A stretch of DNA of 63,932 nucleotides, the filler included, from Octopus bimaculoides (Eukaryota): the NCBI RefSeq assembly GCF_001194135.2. It is 5 parts of 5 records of this genome, joined end to end, with 100 filler letters (N's around TTAATTAATTAA, not from the genome) between each part and the next. Parts side by side here need not be neighbours in the genome. Positions count along the whole stretch, not along the records: positions 29,425 to 59,033 come from NC_068994.1; 4 more parts are not named here. One strand, given 5' to 3'. A program made the translations under genes and the position numbers. Shown one piece after another: positions 46,378-55,530 of the stretch. Within the stretch, counting starts at the first letter, position 1; each line of letters begins with the position of its first letter. A model generated the notes under the pieces. That model made no database searches, had not been told where the DNA came from, and worked only from the letters and a program-made list of their open reading frames with translations.

Positions 46378-47546
46378 GTGAGTATCTTGTTTCACTTATG
46401 TTCCTTAGTATTGTAACTGATGTGAAGGGGCTTGGCTTAGGGATTAGGGCAGTCATTCTCAAGCAGGGTCCATATAAGATTTATGTTATACTTCTACAGT
46501 ACATAAAATATTATTCCTAATAATATTTAATTACAAAAATACAGTTAGGTGTTTTCCTTTTATATATACATCAAATGGCTATGGATATCCAGTCAAGTAG
46601 AACAGGAACCAAAGGAGTCTGTAGACAAACAAAATGGTCGGAAACCACTGCGTTAGGGTGTGGGCTGATTATAGTAACCCCTTAGCATCCAGATTATTCT
46701 GTCAAATGTAATCTTTATTCATTCATATTCTTATGAACTAATCCTGCATTATCTGGTAGCTTTAAGATGTCAATGATGTGATTGTTTGTTTTTAGAATGA
46801 CATTGTAGGGTAGGTGTGAGAGGCTGAATCTGGCTGGTTTGAACTAAAACGTAGAGTATTTCGGCTGGATGTGGCTGGTTTCAATGCTAAAGGTTTAAGG
46901 TTGTGGCTTGAATTCCTGAATCAGACAAACTTGTGTCCTTGGTATCAGCTAACTCTTTGTACAGTCCTCTCTCCTTTTACCTGTCACATCTGCCATGTTC
47001 TCTACTGGTGTGTCAAAGGTGGAAGGACCGAGAGGATGCCAATGTCTGCTCACAATTACATAGGCACTTAAAATGGAAGTGATGTTCTGCAAGAAACTGC
47101 AGAACCCTCATTTGTTGTCTATGACAGGAAACTCCTCTGTTCACACTCAATGGGCTTCCATGCAATTTCCATCTACCAAATTCTCTCACAAGGTACTTGT
47201 CGGCCGAGAGCTATAGAAGAAGATACTTGCCTAAGGTACTGTACAGTAAGACAATGGTTTCAAAGCGAGCCTCTTAAACATGCAGCCATACTTTTAGAGA
47301 TTTGTCGTGCATAAGGTGAATCTGCCTGTCACACTATCATCTCAGACAAGTATGACAAATGGTTAATGTTTTAAGCAGATTTCTAATCAGAATCCTCTAT
47401 TAATGATGCAACTAGATTTCTAATTAAGATCATCTATTGATGATGTAACTATATTTACACGATGTCAGTAGTTGTTCAGCTCTAAGAAGGCCTATGATCA
47501 GTGGCTTTAAATTTTATTCTTGGAATCTTGTTTTGCTTTCATGCAG

Positions 47547-47648
47547 CACAACACGATTGATGCCATCTTGGAGCGTGGTGAGAAATTGGATGATCTTGTT
47601 GAAAAATCAGAAGGACTGAGTACCCAGTCAAAATCTTTCTACAAAACA
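47547..47648 (+). CDS. YKT6: YKT6 coding exon 7 (R-SNARE core)
   Basis: [34 protein letters not shown] with zero-layer R163 and S174. 102 nt; gcAG acceptor, GTGAGT donor. Confidence 0.98.
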
Positions 47649-48469
47649 GTGAGTTTGTTTGCCCCTTTTTCAATTCTTTATTACACTGCACCACACCTTA
47701 TCAGCTTCGCACAATATCTATGGAGTTTTGGGACTTGCCTCAATAAGCACTTCCTTCACTGCAAGACTTGCTACACTATATGCTATGCAATAATTAATAT
47801 CTATTAAACATGGTTAGTTGACTTGATTATCATCATCAGGATTTAATGTCAGTTTTCCATGCTGGCATGACTTGGACAGTTCAGCAGGGGCTGGTAAACC
47901 AGAGCATTGCACCAAACTTCAATGTCTGTTCTTGCCTTGGTCTCTACAGCTGGATGCCCTTCCTAATACCAACCAGTTCTGGTTGCTTTATATGTGGCAC
48001 CGGTACCTATGAGGTCACTATGTAACTCACAAGACTTCTCTCAACTGAATGTGATGAGGTGGCTTTATGCCAGGTGGATAGATGCATAGGAACGAGTGTC
48101 TTGCAGTAGAGGAGATATCTGTCTACCCAAATCCAAGTTTTATTTTGTTTTTACAACTATACATTGTCAATGGCATTCATTTAAATTTTGCAGTAACAAA
48201 GAACTACCATAGTCATCATCATCATCATCGTTTAATGTCCGTCTTCTATGTTGGCACGGGTTGGACAGTTTGACTGAGGACTGGTAAGCCAGAAAGCTGT
48301 ACCAGGCTCCAATCTTGTCTGGCAAGGTTTCTACAGCTGGATGCCCTTCCTAATGCCAACCACTCCAAGAGTGTAGTATAGTCCTCTTATATAATCTGTA
48401 CTGATTTTAGTTGCTTTCTTAATTTTAAATAATTTTTTTTAGATGATCAGCATGTTTGATATTTTAAAC

Positions 48470-48620
48470 CAATGGTTCTCAACCAGCGTTCACAAGACCC
48501 CTTGGGGTCCACGTAAGATTTTCTTGTTAAAATTTATCTGCAATAAACTGGTTATGTTTCTACAATACACAAAATATTTTAATGATTTTTCAATACACTT
48601 CTCCATGGGTCAGATGGAAT
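48470..48620. mobile_element. hAT-Charlie-like MITE fragment (a relative may lie at 18165-18350)
   Basis: One TIR CAATGGTTCTCAACC; no second TIR seen. Confidence 0.45.
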
Positions 48621-48944
48621 TTGTTGAGGCAGATTTTCTACAGCAGGATGCCCTTCCTGTTCCCAAAATGTTTTATATTTGTATGTATGAATCTGTGTGT
48701 GTGTGTGCATGTATGTTATAATCCTTTAAAGTATCCTTGTTAATCCCTATCATTTTCCCTAAATATGATCTCTTTCTTGCTTCCTCGTGCCACTGTATTT
48801 TCTGCTAAATTCCGCGTGCACTTTGACCGATCAACTGTTTACCAGAAGGCAATAACATGCAGTGACAGTCCCTTCCCTCAGGTCATGCTTTTCTGTGTAT
48901 CAACTGCCAGGCCCCTAATGTATTTTGTTTGTGGTTGCTTCCAG

Positions 48945-49184
48945 GTGAAACCCAGAGAACCAACGCCCCTTCCAGCCTCGGAAAGGGAAAAGCCCTCTGT
49001 TGAAGAACCCTTGGTCAAGACAGAACAACCTCATCTAGCTGGCTACTCTGTCCGTGGTTATGCTGCCCGCAAAAGTGCCAATACTGGCAGGGGCAAAAGC
49101 ACATCTCTCTGTGGCAACTGTAGTTGCCCAGCAGCTAACCGCTATCTCCAAGCTGCTCGTGACTCAATAGTACGTTTGACTTAG
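48945..49184 (+). CDS. YKT6: Candidate alternative YKT6 exon (75-aa cassette to 49169, or 79-aa alternative terminal exon)
   Basis: CTAAT branch motif at 48915-48919, U-rich tract, ttccAG acceptor; phase 0, matching exon 7. Open frame VKPREPTPLPASEREKPSVEE...LQAARDSI|VRLT*; in-frame donor GTACGT at 49170. No known homology recognised. Confidence 0.45.
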   Translation: MKPREPTPLPASEREKPSVEEPLVKTEQPHLAGYSVRGYAARKSANTGRGKSTSLCGNCSCPAANRYLQAARDSIVRLT

Positions 49185-49639
49185 TTCAGCCACTTTAGTC
49201 AAGATCCTTCTCTTCCTTACTTGAGTTATCTATTTTTATCAAGCTTCTCTCACTCACTCCTTTAGCTCATTCATGTGTGTTGGAACTAATTGTTTTGCTC
49301 TGGCATTATCATCTCTCAGTATTCAATAACTGCTTCTATCCCAGTAGAACTGCCACACTTGCTTCTTTTTCCAGTATGATCAAGTGACATTACCATGAGC
49401 TGTTTGCTGCTGCTGTAGCTAACTTTAATTTGCCTCTTTTGAGTCGCCTTAAGCTTCTTGTCCTGCACTCTCTTTTCTCATCAGATATGTAGTAACCAAC
49501 AGTGACAGCCTGTTACACAATGAACATTCTCTCCCCAGTCTAACATGAGTACTTGCTTTGTCTGTTGTCACCTGCTTTAACATAGCCATTATATATTGTC
49601 GCTAATTTTGCTCCTTGTGTCACCAGAGAGACTGTAGTC

Positions 49640-49900
49640 GACACCATAACACCTGCCTGTGCCTCTTACAGCAACTATAGATAACTCACCTGGAGCACTG
49701 TGGCTCTTGTAGATAACCTATCAGGGTGCCTGCCTCACTATGGCTGCTATAGATAACCTATCTATGTACCTCCCTCACTATGGCGGTTGTAGATAACCTA
49801 CCTGTGTACCTTCCTCACTGTGGCTGTTGTAGATTGCCTGTGGGGAACCTGCCTCACTATAACTACTAAAGATAGATCCTTGGTTACCAGTCTCACCATA
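49640..49900. repeat. Degenerate 40-bp minisatellite, about 5-6 units
   Basis: Anchor tagat(aac/tgc)c at 49678, 49710, 49750, 49790, 49830. Confidence 0.85.
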
Positions 49901-50074
49901 GCTACAATAGTTGCATCTAATACTTTACAATGACAGCATCTTTTGCTTCTTTTATTGCATAAATGTTATTTGTTTTAGAGACTAGTTTGTAAAGAAACTG
50001 ATATACTTGGTAATGCAAAATAATACATATGTGTTTGTCTTAGTATGTGTGTGTACCGTGGAACACTTATCGTG

Positions 50075-50080
50075 AATAAA
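50075..50080 (+). terminator. AATAAA, possible poly(A) signal for an intronic alternative 3' end
   Basis: First canonical AATAAA seen after the stop at 49184; followed by U/G-rich sequence. Confidence 0.3.
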
Positions 50081-50938
50081 TTGGTTTATGAACAGTTTTT
50101 CACTCATGAAACGCCTTGGATGCCTTGAATAACGAACGCACAAACTGGCAACGATTAGCATCAAGCTGGGAGAATCAGCAGAAGAGCGTCTGTTGCTGTA
50201 TAGCTTTCACTCAGAGCATGTCACTGCTCGAATTCGTTGTGCCTTTTCTTGAATATCCAATGGAGAAAATAGTTTTGGTTCACAAACATTTCAGGTGATG
50301 AAGGACCTTCAGGCACGAATTCAATTCATAAACTGATGTTCCGCTACATCTCTCGGTATTAAGAATACTTAGGCTACATCGAGTTATCTCCCTTGAACTG
50401 TTGACCCCAGCATTTGACCTGTGCGTGTGTGTTGCAGATGGGGAGATAACTGACATCTCTGTCAGACAAAAATATACATCTTATGTATTAGGGTTGTCCA
50501 ACCCATGCTAGCTTGGAACATGGACGTTAAATGTTGGTGATAATGATGGTTGGTGACAGGTAGGGTATCTACTTGTAATATACTAGGCATCCATCCAACT
50601 CATGCCAGCATGGAAAACAGACGTAAAACCAATGAACGAGTATGTCAGTATCTGTGATTGTGGAGAGGAATAAGTAATTTAGCATTTTAATGTTCCCTGT
50701 GTTAAATATTAACTTTGTATAACTTTGCCCTAACTCTTCGAAACGCTCAGTTTTAGAATGGTGGCAGCTGATGAAGGAAATGTTCTCTAATGTGGCCTGT
50801 ATGTTTTCTGTACTCCGTTTATCATTTTGTCCATGTTTTTTTGCAATGTCCTGTAACCAGATATGCATCTATATATACATGTAGATGAAGGTATGTACAA
50901 ACATGTACGTATATATGCATCTACTCATATACTATTTG

Positions 50939-50972
<34 letters not shown>

Positions 50973-51004
50973 NNNNNNNNNNNNNNNNNNNNNNNNNNNN
51001 NNNN

Positions 51005-51050
<46 letters not shown>

Positions 51051-51626
51051 GAACTTAATGCAGTCCTCTGGCTAGACTGCTTCTGTCAAACCGTCTTGCC
51101 CATGTCAGCATGGAAAAACAGACATTAAATGATGACAATATATCATCATCATCATTGTTTAACGTCCATCTTGCATGCAGGGGTAGGACGGTTGACAGGA
51201 ACTGGACAGGTAGAAAAACTACTCCAGGCTACTGTGTCGCTTTTGGCAGGGATTTTACGGTTGGATGCCCTTCCTAGCACCAACCACTCTACAAAGTGGT
51301 CTCAGTGCTTTTTACATGACACTATCACAGGTGGGGTTAGATTTGGCATGATTTTAACATCTGGGTGCCCTTCCAAATGTCAGCCATGTTCCAGTGTGGA
51401 CTGGATATATATATATGTATGTAGGTATAAAATCAGAGTATAGGTAGGTATTTAATCATTCTCTGTTCCTTGAAGCTTTGTGCTTGTTCACCTACTTCAT
51501 AATCAGTGCACATGGAAGTTTCTTTGCTTTGTATGTGCCATAAGTCCTGACATACATTTCTCACATGGGGAAAAAATTACATCTTTTACCACATAAAAAT
51601 TTTTACACGAGCTTTCATCATTGGCA

Positions 51627-51738
51627 TTAACACAAATATGCCTCCTTTTTCTCCTCAAACTCTTACTCATCTAGTCACCGTTCTACACTCACTGCTGTGG
51701 TGATGTTGAAGCAGATGATGGCTACAGAGACAAACCCT
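51627..51738. repeat. Direct repeat, copy 1 (copy 2 at 52644-52752)
   Basis: ttaacacaaa..tg..ctcc..ctcctcaaactct.actc..ctag.caccgttctacactcactgctgtggtg.tgtt...ggcta.agagac.aaccct occurs in both. Confidence 0.85.
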
Positions 51739-52043
51739 ATCTGAGTAGGGGATCTGTAGCCAGTGAATTGATCCTCTTTATTTTGATGGGTATGAAGGGT
51801 ACTGATTCCTGAGGTGGCTGTTTGGGCCAAGGGCAGTATAGAAGAGCCGGGTAGGGAGGAAATGTCATTCTTTGCATCTTTGATAGTTAATCTCTTGATG
51901 TCTGTTATTTTCTATCAGGTCTTGTTATGATTACTAAACATCAAAATGAATTCTGTTTTGCTGAGCCTTTTGAAAATGTCTGCTGACTATCTCATCCTTG
52001 TTATTATTATTATAACCCTTTATCTCTCTTCCTCTCTTTGCAG

Positions 52044-52079
52044 GCCCGCAAAACAAACCAATGTTGTACCCTGCTGTAA
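52044..52079 (+). CDS. YKT6: YKT6 terminal coding exon 8 (CCaaX prenylation tail)
   Basis: Strong acceptor ctctcttcctctctttgcAG; ARKTNQCCTLL-TAA parallels human ARKQNSCCAIM. Brings the CDS to 597 nt. Confidence 0.96.
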   Translation, partial: ARKTNQCCTLL

Positions 52080-52607
52080 CTACCACAACTGCCATGCTAG
52101 CTCTGTATTGGTGACTGGCGACACTCATCTTCCTCCAGTTATCACAACTGACTGACTGACTGAAGCTTAAACTGATGCTGGCCCCCCCTCCCCTCAAAAA
52201 CTCTACTTCCCTAACTGTTCCTTGTTCGCCATACTTTACTATATAACCACCACCACCACCACTATCATCATCATCATTAAACTTTCCAGAATTCTATCTC
52301 TCTGCTTTTCACTCACCCTCTTATGTCTCTTTCCAGTCACTCTTTCCTCCTCCTCCTACTTCTCCCTCTCACTATCTCTCTCTTGGTTTAAACCTGTTCC
52401 TCCTTCTCCACTGGATATTCCATTCTCCCCCCCCTCTCTCTTCTGTTTCTACCCTCCCCTTTCCTCTCCAGGAACGTTCCACAGTTTGTCTGCCAAAAGT
52501 AAGACAGAAGGAAGCGAAAGGAAGAAGAATTAAAAACCAACCAACACTAAATGACTAAACATGAAGAATATACAAAGTATGAGAACCTAACTGACAATAC
52601 TATATTA

Positions 52608-52626
52608 AATAAATAACTAAAATAAA
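52608..52626 (+). terminator. Two AATAAA motifs, candidate YKT6 poly(A) signals
   Basis: AATAAA at 52608-52613 and 52621-52626, about 530 nt after the stop. They lie in an AT-rich repeat tail, so may be incidental. Confidence 0.4.
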
Positions 52627-52872
52627 ATAATAATAATAATAATTTAACACAAACATGACTCCTCCTTCTCCTCAAACTCTCACTCGGCTAGCCACCGTTC
52701 TACACTCACTGCTGTGGTGGTGTTGTTGATGGTGGCTATAGAGACGAACCCTTGTTGGAGGCCCTATTTAGTCGAGGGTGACAGGCATTCGAGGGGTCGG
52801 TGGAGCGAGATGTATTTGTCTTGTGTATGATCTGAAAATAAGCAAAAAAAAAAAAAAAAAAANNNNNNNNNN

Positions 52873-52903
<31 letters not shown>

Positions 52904-54304
52904 AACAAAAAAATACAAAGCAAAAAAATAAAAATAAAAAAGATGAATGGTGACTGGTTTGACCAATTCAATGTGCGTACAAATATACAACACATGTACA
53001 TTCATGTTATACACACAGGCGAAAGAAAGATATATGTAAACATACATTCACCTATGTATGTATATGTGAAATATGTGGGTGTACATGAATATATATATAT
53101 ATGAATGTATATGAAAAATCGGAGGAAACTTCAATATATATATGAAGATAGAATATATATAATTATATACATATATACAATGTATACTGTGTGTGTGTGT
53201 GTGCACATATCTAACATGAATGTGTATGTATATATAGATATATATACATACACACACACAGTGTATGTATATATATGCATATATATATATACACATGTAT
53301 GTGTGTGTGTGTGTGTATATATATATACTCACACAAACACATAAATAATTAAAAGTATTTCAAATTTGTTCTTTGTAAGTTACTGCTTATTACTAATTAT
53401 TTTGTTTTTATTATTAATGCATTAATGTTTTCTTACCATGCTTCTACACATCTCTCTCTCTCTATTTGCATAACCAACTCTCTTTCTCTCTCTGACACAC
53501 ACGCACACGCACGATTCACTGTTTCTCAGTTGCATACACCTCACTGTCTCTCTCTCTCTAGCTTGCTCACTTCTTTCTATCACTCTCCATCTCTCTCAAA
53601 TGCACTTAGCTGTACCAAGTCTCTTTTTCCCACTCCCTCTTTGAAAATCACACACACACACACACACACTTTCTCTTTCTATGCACCCTCCACTCACCCA
53701 CTGTCACATGCATATACACACACACGTACTTCCAGTTGCACACACTCCACTTTCGTTTTGAATGCTCTCCTCACTCCTCTACCCACACACCTACTTTCAC
53801 TCTCACTTATAAATAATTAACTCTCACACATTCTCCACAAAGAAACAAACAATTTGCTCTGTTTGAATGTGGAGCTTCATCAAACAAAGCAATTACTGAA
53901 GCACATGCACTCTCACTCATAAGCACACACTCATGCTTAAACTAACAAACCTTCACTCAAAACTAACATTAACAGAATCTTATTTACAGGTGTTTGCTTC
54001 CAAATAAGTATGACGAAGAGGTGGGTTTGTTAGTTTTGTAAATTTACACATTTGAAACGATATTGTGCTCAATATTTTCTTAAAAGCAACTATTCCGACT
54101 TTGGAATAATATTGGCAATGTTTTGTTTTTGTTTTTTTTAATGTTAGAAACTTAATTTCAAATAGTTATAAGCTTTTCTTCATACGAATCTATTTGTATA
54201 ACAGAGAGAAACTAGATTATATGATCTAATAGTCACATGTATATGTGTACAAATCACACTCATACACACCTATATATATATATATATATATATATAGATA
54301 GATG

Positions 54305-54465
54305 TAGGAGTGGCTGTGTGGTAAGTAGCTTGCTTACCAACCACATGGTTCCAGGTTGTCACACTGCGTGGCACCTTGGGCAAGTGTCTTCTATTATTGC
54401 CTCGGACCAACCAAAGCCTTGTGAGTGGATTTGGTAGACAGAAACTGATAGCAGCCTGTCGTGTA
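54305..54465 (+). mobile_element. SINE family A 5' half (other + copies: 6141-6235, 29140-29270, 37770-38000, 58140-58520)
   Basis: Head aggagtggctgtgtggtaagtagcttgcttaccaaccacatggttcc and CORE-like ggcaccttgggcaagtgtc. Confidence 0.88.
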
Positions 54466-54944
54466 TATATATATCTTGTCTATAAAAGGCAGATTTTCTC
54501 TGTGTGTGTGTGTATATGTTTAAAATTCATACATTTACATAATTCCAAATTTCTTGGATGAAAGAATAGGAATTAATATTCTAATTACCATAACTTAGGT
54601 TACAGCGTCATTTTTTTCTGTCAAAATAACTCCCAATTACGAATTAAATCTAATTTCCTCTTTTTACTACCTTTACAAATCCTTTCAACTCCTACTTTCT
54701 CTTATGAACCTTTACGAATGATCCAACAACAAATACAAAAAGAAAGGAAGGTGAAACACTGACAGTAAAAGAAAACTATTTCAGTATCAAAACTGAAACA
54801 ATCACAGATACTTTCACTTTGATTCTTTCCTTTTCATACTGAGACTACTACAGTGAAACTATACATACATACATATATATATCTGCACAAATGTATCCGG
54901 TTTATATATATATATATACACACACACATATATATATTTAACAG

Positions 54945-55530
54945 TTTCATTGCACCTGTTCCGGCTGCAGTATTCATATACAGTGATCAGGAGTTTGTAC
55001 CTGTTACGAGCCACTAATATGTCTACGATGATGAAACATTTACACCTGCTGCTAATTACATGCATGTCTATAATGATGATAGTAACAATGTGGTTGGGAA
55101 GCAAGCTTCTTACTACACACCTGTGCCTATGTCTACCAAGATGACAGATTTTACACCTGTTGATAGTCGCAACAGTTTTATACTATGATTATAGGTTAAC
55201 ACCTGTTAATGGCCATATTAACATCTATGGCAATAATAGATTTATACCTGTTGATGGTCACTTCAATGTCTGCCATAATGCTAAACGTACACCTGCTTCT
55301 GGTCACAACTATATCTGCACTGTTGATTTTTCACCTGTTGATTGTCACAGGTAAGTCTACAGTGATGCTAGATTTTCACATGTTGCTGATCGAAGCTATG
55401 ACTTGGGTGATGATAGATAAACACCTGTTGATGGTCACAGGTATGTCTTCAATGATCATAAATTTACACCTGTTTATGGTTACATGAATGGCTACGGTGA
55501 TGAGAGGTTTTCATCCATGGTTACAGGTAG
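54945..55530. repeat. Degenerate 45-bp minisatellite, about 11-12 units, interrupted by a SINE A scrap
   Basis: Anchor (a)cacctg at 54952, 54997, 55042, 55153, 55199, 55244, 55289, 55331, 55376, 55421, 55466. Confidence 0.88.

Noticed and set aside
51919-51930. Alternative terminal acceptor ttttctatcAG giving ...FYKT-VLL*
   Set aside because: Only three codons and no support beyond the AG; the exon at 52044 has the conserved CCaaX.
54945-55530. CRISPR-like or other prokaryotic array interpretation of the 45-bp and 40-bp repeats
   Set aside because: Eukaryotic context, degenerate tandem units without unique spacers, and no cas genes.
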